A DNA stretch of 64,000 bases from Candidatus Falkowbacteria bacterium (GCA_016432645.1 CP066698.1:837062-901061), one strand, 5' to 3'. Counted from the first letter of the stretch, positions 44,878 through 53,440 are shown. Notes: a model not told the origin generated them from the letters alone. Numbers and translations: made by a program.

Positions 44878-45023
44878 AATTAACTCTAAATCGCTTTGGT
44901 TTTGGCAAGATTAGCGAGAACAAGTTTCAGTTTTTCTGTTTCCGGCTGTCTAAATGGAAAATCCCGAATAAATATTCTATTTCTTTTGAAATAAATTGGC
45001 GAGGTAAAGAGGAAATTAAATAA
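44862..45023 (+). CDS. Possible small ORF (53 aa) overlapping the end of the CFA-synthase-like gene
   Basis: Not in the track. ATG 44862 to TAA 45021-45023 translates to MVIDIELTLNRFGFGKISENKFQFFCFRLSKWKIPNKYSISFEINWRGKEEIK. It overlaps the upstream gene by 16 nt. No known motif. Confidence 0.3.
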   Translation: MVIDIELTLNRFGFGKISENKFQFFCFRLSKWKIPNKYSISFEINWRGKEEIK

Positions 45024-45043
45024 TAAACTTATTTTTTAACTAT

Positions 45044-45442
45044 ATGCCAAAAATAATTATCGCCTCCGGTCCAGTTATTGTTGAAAATAATAAAGTTTTA
45101 TTAAATAAGCATGGAGATGATAATTTCTGGAAATTTTGCGGCGGCCGGGTTGAGGAAGGCGAAACTAATTTATTGGAAGCTGCTCAGCGGGAAGCCAAAG
45201 AAGAAATGGGAATTGAGATTGAAATATTGGATGATAAGCCATATATTTTGCATTTTGAAAAAGAAGTTGAAGAAAAACAGACTAGCGTTGTTTTGGCCCA
45301 TTTTTTAGCCAAAAGAATTGGCGAGTTGGTTCCTGGAGACGATATCAGAGAATGGCAGTGGCTGGATATAAATGATTTGGATAAAGAAAATCTCGCCCCT
45401 AATATCAAGCCGGTTTTAAAGTATTTTAGATTTTTGAAATAA
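45044..45442 (+). CDS. Nudix hydrolase
   Basis: Nudix box GGRVEEGETNLLEAAQREAKEEMGIE. Confidence 0.85.
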   Translation: MPKIIIASGPVIVENNKVLLNKHGDDNFWKFCGGRVEEGETNLLEAAQREAKEEMGIEIEILDDKPYILHFEKEVEEKQTSVVLAHFLAKRIGELVPGDDIREWQWLDINDLDKENLAPNIKPVLKYFRFLK

Positions 45443-45453
45443 AGTCACTTAAT

Positions 45454-46524
45454 ATGAATAAAATATCAGATATTTCTCAAATAAAATCCGAAAAATGGAT
45501 TAAAAATTGGTCGGGAAATTGGCGCACAGCCTTTACGACTTTATATTATGCCTATACTGATGGACTTAAACTTTATATCGGAAAAAATTTAGCTACTAAT
45601 TTATTGGTTTGTGAAAAAAAAGTTAGCTCAAACTATATAGCTAAAAAAGCATTAAATAATTATTGTAAATATATTGCTGGCCTGGTTATTAAAGATAATA
45701 AGTTAGCGACAAAATGGGCAAAAGACACTATCTCTACAGCTGAGGATTTGTTTAAGATAATGACGAAACTAAAAAATAAAAAAGATTTTACTTTGGCTAA
45801 TCTCTTAGAGCTTAAGACTAATTTTTATTTACATATCCCCCCGCATTTCTCAATGAAAAAAGTAGTTGATTACTTGCCGGAAAAATTACAGAGAAAACTA
45901 ACCCCGGGGCTTATCGCTGCTAGATTAAAAACTGAAAATTTATTTAATGCGGTAGATTTGGCTCTAAGAAAATATACAAAACTCATTGCTCAAAAAACTG
46001 GATATTCATTAGACTTGGTAGATTTTTTAACAATAGACGAGGTTGAGCTGTATTTAAAGAATAACAAATTACCATCCAAGAAAGAGCTTGTTAGTCGCTC
46101 AAAAGGTTTAGCGTTTTTTTGTGAAGGGAAAAGCGTGGGGATATTGACCGGTTCTTCTTATAAAGATTTACAGAAACATCTTGTAAGCTTCACGGGAAAT
46201 GAATTAAAGGGGGCCATCGCTTATAAGGGCATAGTTAAAGGAGTAGCCAGGATTGTACTTGATCCCTTTAAGGTAAAAAGATTTGATAAGGGGGATGTTT
46301 TAATTACGGGAATGACTAGACCAGAATTTTTATCTTTAATGAAAAAAGCATCTGCTTTCGTAACCGATGCCGGTGGTTTATTATCACACGCCGCGATTGT
46401 CGCCAGAGAGTTGAAGAAGCCATGTATTTTAGCGACTGAAAATGCTAGTAAAGTTTTGCATGACGGCGACTTGGTAGAAGTGGACGCGAATAAAGGAGTA
46501 GTTAGGATTTTAAAAAGAGCTTAA
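45454..46524 (+). CDS. PEP-utilizing-enzyme mobile (swivelling phosphohistidine) domain protein with no ATP-grasp domain
   Basis: C-terminal segment GDVLITGMTRPEFLSLMKKASAFVTDAGGLLSHAAIVARELKKPCI...DGDLVEVDANKGVVRIL. The N-terminal ~230 aa are helical and unassigned. Confidence 0.75.
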   Translation: MNKISDISQIKSEKWIKNWSGNWRTAFTTLYYAYTDGLKLYIGKNLATNLLVCEKKVSSNYIAKKALNNYCKYIAGLVIKDNKLATKWAKDTISTAEDLFKIMTKLKNKKDFTLANLLELKTNFYLHIPPHFSMKKVVDYLPEKLQRKLTPGLIAARLKTENLFNAVDLALRKYTKLIAQKTGYSLDLVDFLTIDEVELYLKNNKLPSKKELVSRSKGLAFFCEGKSVGILTGSSYKDLQKHLVSFTGNELKGAIAYKGIVKGVARIVLDPFKVKRFDKGDVLITGMTRPEFLSLMKKASAFVTDAGGLLSHAAIVARELKKPCILATENASKVLHDGDLVEVDANKGVVRILKRA

Positions 46525-46531
46525 CATAATT

Positions 46532-46918
46532 ATGTATATGCCAACTTCACATAAAAATTATAAACACGTCTTATTTTTTATAATCGGTGTGATTGCGACT
46601 ATCGCCTATCGTGGAATTGTGGTCTTAAATCATTATGACCCGATTTTAGTTGAGACCGCCTGGTATATCGGAACTTTGGGCTTTGCTTGGTATTTCTGGC
46701 ATCGTTTTCAGATAGAAAATCGCCGCAATAAATTAATCACCAAGCTTAATCTGTTAGAAAAAACTCAACAGGGCCAAGTTCTAAATCAAGAAGACAAAGA
46801 AGCTTTAAGCGGAGTGCTAAAAAGTTTAAATGCCAGTTTGGCAAAATGGAATTATATTATAATCTTTGTCAGTTCTTTTTTGGCGGTTGCTTACGCCATT
46901 TACTTTGATTTGAAATAA
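46532..46918 (+). CDS. Small membrane protein, function unknown
   Basis: 128 aa with two N-terminal TM helices, a polar coiled segment, and a C-terminal TM helix. Confidence 0.5.
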   Translation: MYMPTSHKNYKHVLFFIIGVIATIAYRGIVVLNHYDPILVETAWYIGTLGFAWYFWHRFQIENRRNKLITKLNLLEKTQQGQVLNQEDKEALSGVLKSLNASLAKWNYIIIFVSSFLAVAYAIYFDLK

Positions 46919-46925
46919 AAAATAT

Positions 46926-48800
46926 ATGCGCTTTGGCGAAAGCTTCCCTCAAGGAGCTGATCCTAAAAACCGAATGGATGTGCTGAAACTTAATAAAGAG
47001 CAGGAGGATATTCCTAGCTATATTAGGTTTGGTTTGGAAATTAGAAATAATTTAAAGTCAAAAATTGAAAAAGATGGTTGGCCTGATTTGCCAAATCAGG
47101 AAGATATTAATTTAACGGAAGATATTTTTGAGGCGGCCAAGAGCGAAGTTAATAAAACTTGGGAAAACTCTGTCCAAACTTTGATAAACGAGAAAACTGA
47201 ATCTTGGAAGCAAGATTTATCACCCGATAATCCTGAAAATAAAGCAGTCTTAGATTTATTAAATAACCCTGGAGAACTTAGCAAGAGTTTCTCTTTACGC
47301 CAATTTGGTGTTTTGGAAATATTAAGAACGGCCAACCCCGATGCTTGGCGTACGTTAGTTGTCGCTTCCTCAGAAAGACAACTGGCATCTATTGCGGTAA
47401 TGGAACATTGGTTAAAAAATGGGAACCCGGAAAATTTACAAGCAATGTGCAATAAAATTAACCTTAACCCCGCCGAACTTAAATTGTTTGTTGATACGGC
47501 CGCTATTTTAGGTAAATATGTAGACCACGCTTATGTTAAACAAATTGAGCTAGCTGATTCGCCTGGCGGATCGGAAGCCACAAAATTAAAAGACGAGGAT
47601 GGCGCTGCTTATCTTTATGATTTATATAAAGACCCTAGAAGTGAAGATATTTATGTTAAAACTTATAGCGATATTTTTCCATATGAATGGGAAAAAATTC
47701 AATCGCGTTTGGAAATGCTATCCGTTAGGACAAAATTAGCGATTGATAAGGGAGAATTACCAGACAGTTATAATTTATTTGCTAATTATTTAGAAAAGAC
47801 TGGCCAAGTTTATGGCTCAAAAAGCATCCAGCCGGAAGCTTTAGAAAAAGAATGGGACTCTTTATATAAAATGGGCAAAGAAGTTGATAATACCAGTTGT
47901 CCTCTAATGATTATTCCTCAAGGATGTGCTTCGGTGTCCGGAGAGGCGGGTAAGGTAGACGCGGAAATTCGTTTAGGATTAAAAACCAAAGAAACAAAGG
48001 AGCAGGAAAGAGGTTTTAGTAAATTCACCGGTATTGCTCAAGAAATGATTAATGAAAATCGTGATTGCTTGGCCAAAGATTATAAAGTTCCGGATGTTAA
48101 ATTAAACTATCAGCCATGGTCTTTTGGTCCTAATTTGTATTGGATAACTCGCGGCGAATCGGGAGAAGACCAAATTTTATCTCATACTAACGCCGTTAGA
48201 GAAGTAGCAATAACCAATGAGCTTCCTTTACTTAAGAAAATATTTAAAAAAGATATTAGTAATCAAGAGTATTCTCGGGCCGCAGTCACAGAAACAGTTT
48301 TACATGAGGTGAGCCATAATGTTTTGGACTCAGAAGATAAAAAAGTTTCCAAGAGAATCGGCAAAAGTTTTGAAGTCGGGATTTTAGATGAATTAAAGGC
48401 GGAAACGCTTAGCATGAAGATTCTATATGAAGCTCATAATAGAAACGAGTTGCCAAATGGAGTCGATATTAAAACTCAACTTTTGGCAAAACTAGGTGCT
48501 AATTTAGATTATTTGAAGAATAAATCTAATCAGAAGGCGAGTGCCGGTGAGCCTTATTATATTTGTAGCGCGACAATATTCAGCAGCCTAATGGAAAAGG
48601 GGTTGTTGGTTAATAAAGGCTCTGGTTACGAAATAAATAACCCCGAAGCTTGTATTAAGGAGATTGCCAGTCTTAGTGAAAATATTTTGTCATTTTATAC
48701 AAATACGGAAACTAGGCCAGCAGATGTTAAAAATTATATTAATGAATTAAGAAGGAGGAGTCAGTCGCCGATAGTGCAAGAGTTGATAAAAAAGTTATAA
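46926..48800 (+). CDS. Hypothetical protein with a putative HExxH zinc-metallopeptidase motif
   Basis: 624-aa ORF. It has TETVLHEVSHNVL (HExxH) followed 27 residues later by ILDELKAET, a possible third ligand or gluzincin Glu. Confidence 0.55.
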   Translation: MRFGESFPQGADPKNRMDVLKLNKEQEDIPSYIRFGLEIRNNLKSKIEKDGWPDLPNQEDINLTEDIFEAAKSEVNKTWENSVQTLINEKTESWKQDLSPDNPENKAVLDLLNNPGELSKSFSLRQFGVLEILRTANPDAWRTLVVASSERQLASIAVMEHWLKNGNPENLQAMCNKINLNPAELKLFVDTAAILGKYVDHAYVKQIELADSPGGSEATKLKDEDGAAYLYDLYKDPRSEDIYVKTYSDIFPYEWEKIQSRLEMLSVRTKLAIDKGELPDSYNLFANYLEKTGQVYGSKSIQPEALEKEWDSLYKMGKEVDNTSCPLMIIPQGCASVSGEAGKVDAEIRLGLKTKETKEQERGFSKFTGIAQEMINENRDCLAKDYKVPDVKLNYQPWSFGPNLYWITRGESGEDQILSHTNAVREVAITNELPLLKKIFKKDISNQEYSRAAVTETVLHEVSHNVLDSEDKKVSKRIGKSFEVGILDELKAETLSMKILYEAHNRNELPNGVDIKTQLLAKLGANLDYLKNKSNQKASAGEPYYICSATIFSSLMEKGLLVNKGSGYEINNPEACIKEIASLSENILSFYTNTETRPADVKNYINELRRRSQSPIVQELIKKL

Positions 48801-48802
48801 GT

Positions 48803-48973
48803 ATGAGAAAAAAATATTGGAAAATTTTAGGCTCTATTCTTGCTTTGCCGTTAGGCATATTTATTTTTATTTATGGCGGCTACGATGATAGCCCCGGCGC
48901 TCAGTTGTTGGGATTTATAATATTTGGCAGCGGGGTTGTCGGTTTAATAAGAAGTCGAAAGAAGTCAGTATAA
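48803..48973 (+). CDS. Possible small 2-TM membrane protein (56 aa)
   Basis: Not in the track. It translates to MRKKYWKILGSILALPLGIFIFIYGGYDDSPGAQLLGFIIFGSGVVGLIRSRKKSV and starts 3 nt after the upstream stop. Confidence 0.4.
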   Translation: MRKKYWKILGSILALPLGIFIFIYGGYDDSPGAQLLGFIIFGSGVVGLIRSRKKSV

Positions 48974-48982
48974 AAGCCATTT

Positions 48983-50452
48983 ATGCCCAACAATCTTAAT
49001 GTAAACAAACTGGCAGGTTTAAAGTGGCATTATGTTCACCAGCGTTTTCGCACCCCCTTTTATACCTATCTGCTTTGGGAGGGTGTTTCGCGCCACTATA
49101 ATAATAATCTTCGCTTTCCTTATGAAATGGGCGCAATTTTGTATTTAGACCAGGAATTAATGTTTGCTGATAAAGTTTGGCGTAAAACCAAAACGCTAAC
49201 TTTATCAAAATTGGAAAAAGAACCAAAATTCATCCAAAACAGTTTTTGCAAGGCCTATAAGTTAAATGATAAGATAGAAGAAATTGCCAGAGAATTGAGC
49301 CAGGTAAAATTTAGCGCCTATTCAAATTACCAGTTAGCTGATAATTTAGAAAAATATTGTCAGCTTTGCTTTTCGATGGGAGCTTTTATTATTTTTCCGT
49401 TATTTATTGAGGAATATTTAGAAGATTACGTAAAAAAAGAAGTAACTAAAAAATGCGGAGCCAAGACACCGGAAATTATCCATGATTTTAATGTATCATT
49501 AAAACCAAGTTCGACGGAAAATGATGAATTGAGTTTATTAAAAATTGCTCTTAAACGCCATCGCCGATTGCCGATCGAACAAGATGTTAAGCGGCATTTG
49601 CAAAATTATGGCTGGCTAAAAAATTCCGCCATGAATAATAGCTACTATTCTGAAAAAGAAATATATCGGCGGTTAGATGGTCTCCGCGGCGCGGATATTT
49701 CGCAAAAAATTAAAAATATTCTTAACGAGCGCCACCGCCAAGTTTCTCGGGTTAAAAAATATCAAACCGAGTTTGCTTTTAGCCGAAAACTAATTAATCA
49801 TATTGAAACGCTTCAAGAAGCGATTTATTTCCGCAGTTGGCGGACTGAACGTTTTTATCGGAACATTCAGTATTTAACCGCCTTGCTTGAAGAAATTTCT
49901 AGACGCCTCGGCCTTAAGTCTTGGGATGATATTTTTTATGTTTTACCGAAAGAAATAATTAATCTGTTGCGGCAAGAATTAACAATGGATTTAAAAGTTG
50001 TTAAAGAAAGAAAGCGGGGCTATATTATGTGGGCTGATGGCCGTAACACTCAGATATATTCAGATAATATTGTTGCCGGCGCGAAAAAGAAAATTAAATT
50101 TCTGACTATTCAAAACCGAGAGTGCCATGAAATTAAGGGACAAGCCGCTTGCCGCGGGTTAGCCGTTGGCAAAGTTCATATTATAAAATCAAAAAAAGAA
50201 TTTAAAAAGTTTAAAGTTAAAGAAATATTAGTCGTTCCATCTACGACACCGGATTATGTTCCCGTTATGAAAAAGGCAGCCGCCATTATAACTGATGAAG
50301 GCGGTTTGACTTGTCATGCCGCCATTATGTCTAGGGAATTAAACATCCCTTGCATAATTGGTACAAAAATCGGCACCCAGGTTCTTCGCGACGGAGATTT
50401 AGTGGAAGCCGATGCTGAAAAAGGCATTATTAAAATATTAAAGAAAGCCTAA
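48983..50452 (+). CDS. PEP-utilizing-enzyme mobile domain protein (paralog of 45454-46524) with no ATP-grasp domain
   Basis: C-terminal segment EILVVPSTTPDYVPVMKKAAAIITDEGGLTCHAAIMSRELNIPCI...DGDLVEADAEKGIIKIL. The central helical region (RHLQNYGWLKN) resembles the middle domain of PEP-synthase/rifampin-phosphotransferase-like enzymes. Confidence 0.75.
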   Translation: MPNNLNVNKLAGLKWHYVHQRFRTPFYTYLLWEGVSRHYNNNLRFPYEMGAILYLDQELMFADKVWRKTKTLTLSKLEKEPKFIQNSFCKAYKLNDKIEEIARELSQVKFSAYSNYQLADNLEKYCQLCFSMGAFIIFPLFIEEYLEDYVKKEVTKKCGAKTPEIIHDFNVSLKPSSTENDELSLLKIALKRHRRLPIEQDVKRHLQNYGWLKNSAMNNSYYSEKEIYRRLDGLRGADISQKIKNILNERHRQVSRVKKYQTEFAFSRKLINHIETLQEAIYFRSWRTERFYRNIQYLTALLEEISRRLGLKSWDDIFYVLPKEIINLLRQELTMDLKVVKERKRGYIMWADGRNTQIYSDNIVAGAKKKIKFLTIQNRECHEIKGQAACRGLAVGKVHIIKSKKEFKKFKVKEILVVPSTTPDYVPVMKKAAAIITDEGGLTCHAAIMSRELNIPCIIGTKIGTQVLRDGDLVEADAEKGIIKILKKA

Positions 50453-51289
50453 ATGGACAAAGAAACAATCATAAAATATTATAATTACACCCTGCCGTTT
50501 TATAAATTTTTTTACCATAAAAATAGCAACGCTGTTCATTATGGATTTTTTGATAAAAATACCAAAAATCATCAAGCCGCCCTGTTAAATGTAAATCAAT
50601 GTTTAGCTGATATTTCTCGGATAAAATCGGGGGATGTTATTTTAGATGCTGGTTGCGGAATAGGTGGCAGCTCAATTTGGCTGGCCAAAAATTATCCAGT
50701 AAAAGTTATTGGCATATCTATAAGTGGAAAACAAATTAATGAGGCCAATAGATTGTCCGTTAAAGAAAAAATTTCAGACCGAGCTTTTTTTTATGAAAGA
50801 GATTTTTTGAATTCTGGTTTTAGCGATGAATCTTTTGATATTGTTTGGGCAATTGAAAGTGTTTGCCATGCTGATGATAAAAAAGATTTTTTGAAAGAAG
50901 CATATCGTCTTCTTAAGCCCGGTGGCCGCCTAGTTATTGATGACGGGTTTTTATTAAGAAAAGTGGGCGACAAAAAAGAACAAAAAGATTATGACGCCTT
51001 TTTAAAGGGCATGGCTTTGCCTAATTTGGCTTCGGAGCAACAATTTAAAAAAGATTTAGAAAATCTGAGATTTCAAAATATAAAAATTTACGATAAAACT
51101 AAAGAAACTTGGCCGTCAGCTAAAAAAATTTATCGGATGTCCATTTTTAGTTATCCATTTTCAGTTTTAACCGAAAGACTTCAGCTGACGCCGCATTTAC
51201 TAACTTTAAATAATTTAGCTGGAATCACTCAGTATCGGATAATCAAAAATGGTTTAGCGGGGCATCGGGTGTTTTATGCGGAAAAGTAA
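50453..51289 (+). CDS. Class I SAM-dependent methyltransferase
   Basis: Motif I VILDAGCGIGGSSIWLA, post-I VIGISIS, motif II FDIVWAIES, and LKPGGRLVI. Confidence 0.8.
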   Translation: MDKETIIKYYNYTLPFYKFFYHKNSNAVHYGFFDKNTKNHQAALLNVNQCLADISRIKSGDVILDAGCGIGGSSIWLAKNYPVKVIGISISGKQINEANRLSVKEKISDRAFFYERDFLNSGFSDESFDIVWAIESVCHADDKKDFLKEAYRLLKPGGRLVIDDGFLLRKVGDKKEQKDYDAFLKGMALPNLASEQQFKKDLENLRFQNIKIYDKTKETWPSAKKIYRMSIFSYPFSVLTERLQLTPHLLTLNNLAGITQYRIIKNGLAGHRVFYAEK

Positions 51290-51304
51290 TTTTTACTAAA
51301 ATTG

Positions 51305-51345
51305 ACTAAATATGCCACCAGTGGTATATTTTTTTATTAATTTAG
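51305..51345 (+). repeat. Possible seventh, divergent hairpin-only copy of the repeat family / terminator
   Basis: ATGCCA (51312-51317) CCAG TGGTAT (51322-51327) followed by ATTTTTTTATTAATTTA. This resembles ATACCAC..GTGGTATTTTTGTTATATAAATA in copies B, D and F. No tRNA-like core is present. Confidence 0.3.
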
Positions 51346-51384
51346 TCCTTTAAAATTTATTGTTTAACCAAAAAAATATTAACC

Positions 51385-52893
51385 ATGACAAAAAATTCTT
51401 GTTTACAGAAAAGCTCTTTGCAATTGAAATTTTGTGAAGAAGTTGGTTTTAATTTTCGGGATTTATTTTCCGAGAATTGCGGTTTGGCTGCGGCGATTAA
51501 TCTGCCAAACGCCTCTTGGATATCTGGCCAATTAATCACGCCGATTGAAACGCGAGGTGAAAAAGGTGGTGGCGTTGTTTCGGAGCGCCAGGGTAAAATT
51601 TATGAAAGGCGCCGCATCGGCCCTTTCAGTGTCCAGTTTCGAGATTTTGACGAAAAACGTTTTCGCCTAGAGCTTCCAGGTAATATGGCTATCGCCCATT
51701 GCCGCTATGCGACTAAGGGTGACCCAGGTCTGGTTGCTAATGTTCAGCCGTTAATTGTGACGGAGTCCAAGTATGGCCCCTTCGCCATCGCTCATAACGG
51801 AACCTTGGTGAATGTGGAAGGCTTGAAGTCCGAGTTAAAACAGCAGGGCTGCAAGTTTGATGCGACCTCGGACACCGAAATTTTGATTCATCTGATTTTA
51901 TCGTCCGGCGCCAAAAAAGTTGAAGACGCTATTCTTTATGCTTTGGATAAGGTTGCTTGTTCATATGCTTTACTGATTATTACGCGCGACAAAATTTTTG
52001 CTATTCGCGATTGCTTCGGAGTTCGACCCTTAAGCATCGCTAAACTTGATTCGGGATTTATGGTCTGCTCAGAGACCGTTTCTTTTGATCAATTTGCCGG
52101 CGCTGAATTTTTACGTGATGTGGAAGCCGGAGAGATGATTATTTTTGAAAAAAAGAAGGAAAATTTTCGGAGCGTTAAATATGCTGAACCGGAAGAATTC
52201 TTCTGTATTTTTGAAAGTATTTATTTTTCCAATCCCCGTTCTAAATATAAAGGCGTTTATCACGAAGATTTTAGGCGAAAAATTGGTGAACAAATCGTTT
52301 TGGAAAATCCTGATTTGCAAGGGGATTTAGTGGTGCCAGTTTTGGATTCCGGCAAGCACTTCGCTCAAGGATTGGCGCATGTTTTAAGTACGCGGCTCAA
52401 AGTTCATAACGGCGATTTGTATGAAGAAGCTTTTCAAAGAGCTCATTCACCTTTGGGCGGCCAATCGCGCTCCTTTACAGCTACAACTACCGCCGAACGA
52501 ATCGCGGTGGTGAGAAAAAAACTGCACTTGAAAAAAGAAGCAGTTGCCGGTAAAGAAGTGATTGTGGTTGATGATTCAATTGTTCGCAGCCACACGGCCA
52601 AAATAATTGTGGAAATGCTTAAGCAGGCCGGGGCAACAAAAGTTACGTTCTGCGTTTGTTTCCCGCCGATTATTAATGTCTGCCCTAACGGTATGGATTT
52701 CCAAACCAGAGGACAACTAATTGCCTATAAGCGCAGTTTGGATTTCATTAAACAAGAAATCGGTGCTGACGAATTGATCTATTTACAAGTCGCCGGGCTT
52801 TATAAGGTCGTTGCCGAAGTTTATGGCGGCGGCATTTGCGGCGGCTGTTTCGGTGGTGCTTATCCGGAAATTCCAAAAAATATTACCGAGTGA
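51385..52893 (+). CDS. purF: Amidophosphoribosyltransferase (PurF, Fe-S cluster type) with a long N-terminal propeptide or a misplaced start
   Basis: Ntn-type Cys in SEN-CGLAAA, AHCRYATKG..NVQP, AHNGTLVN, TSDTEIL, PRTase loop VVDDSIVRSHT, and Cys ligands CPNG...CGGCFGGAYP. Confidence 0.85.
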   Translation: MTKNSCLQKSSLQLKFCEEVGFNFRDLFSENCGLAAAINLPNASWISGQLITPIETRGEKGGGVVSERQGKIYERRRIGPFSVQFRDFDEKRFRLELPGNMAIAHCRYATKGDPGLVANVQPLIVTESKYGPFAIAHNGTLVNVEGLKSELKQQGCKFDATSDTEILIHLILSSGAKKVEDAILYALDKVACSYALLIITRDKIFAIRDCFGVRPLSIAKLDSGFMVCSETVSFDQFAGAEFLRDVEAGEMIIFEKKKENFRSVKYAEPEEFFCIFESIYFSNPRSKYKGVYHEDFRRKIGEQIVLENPDLQGDLVVPVLDSGKHFAQGLAHVLSTRLKVHNGDLYEEAFQRAHSPLGGQSRSFTATTTAERIAVVRKKLHLKKEAVAGKEVIVVDDSIVRSHTAKIIVEMLKQAGATKVTFCVCFPPIINVCPNGMDFQTRGQLIAYKRSLDFIKQEIGADELIYLQVAGLYKVVAEVYGGGICGGCFGGAYPEIPKNITE

Positions 52894-52974
52894 TGAAGAA
52901 AATTACCATCATCGCGTAATAACCAGGAGGCATTTTTATGTCTCCTGGTTCTTTGTTAAATTAAATCTTTTAAA

Positions 52975-53388
52975 ATGGTTAGAAAAGTTATTTTTACGGC
53001 CGCAATTTTTTTGGTCTCCGCCGAGTTTTTGGTTAAAAGTCCGGCAAATGAAGCGTTTGAACGCGAGCTTAGATTAAGCCCCGCTAAAGCGATTATTAAA
53101 GACGAACAATCGTCAGTTAATCAGGAAAAGCCCAGTACCGGTGTTGCCAGCTGGTATGAGTTTAAGGAAGGGGCGTTTGCCGCCTCGCCTTATTTTAAAA
53201 AGGGCTCGACTTTACGGGTTACTAATCTGGATAATGGCAAATTTGTTGACGTGGTGGTTAATGATTACGGTCCGAACAGAAGGAAACATCCTAATCGGGT
53301 GATTGATTTAGAACGGCTAGCTTTCCAAAAGATAGCCCCTTTGAAGCTTGGTTTAATCAGAGTGAAAGTTAATCGTCTGACGGATTAA
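52975..53388 (+). CDS. Secreted RlpA-like DPBB domain protein
   Basis: Signal peptide, then GVASWYEFKEGAFAASPYFKKGSTLRVTNLDNGKFVDVVVNDYGPNRRKHPNRVIDLERLAFQKIA. This is clearly paralogous to the middle of the 33343-34836 product. Confidence 0.8.
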   Translation: MVRKVIFTAAIFLVSAEFLVKSPANEAFERELRLSPAKAIIKDEQSSVNQEKPSTGVASWYEFKEGAFAASPYFKKGSTLRVTNLDNGKFVDVVVNDYGPNRRKHPNRVIDLERLAFQKIAPLKLGLIRVKVNRLTD

Positions 53389-53414
53389 AGCTTTTCAGCT
53401 TTTAAATGGTTGGA

Positions 53415-53439
53415 AACGGGAAGAAATTCCCGTTTTTTT
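53415..53439 (+). terminator. Rho-independent terminator
   Basis: Stem AACGGGAA (53415-53422), GAAA loop, stem TTCCCGTT (53427-53434), T-run. Confidence 0.8.
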
Positions 53440-53440
53440 C

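Noticed and set aside
36615-51350. An integrase, transposase or other mobility gene that would explain the tRNA-linked island
   Set aside because: I read every ORF of 60 aa or more and the larger gaps in this interval. None shows tyrosine-recombinase (R..H..R..Y), serine-recombinase or DDE motifs. The island call therefore rests only on composition, tRNA adjacency and the repeats.
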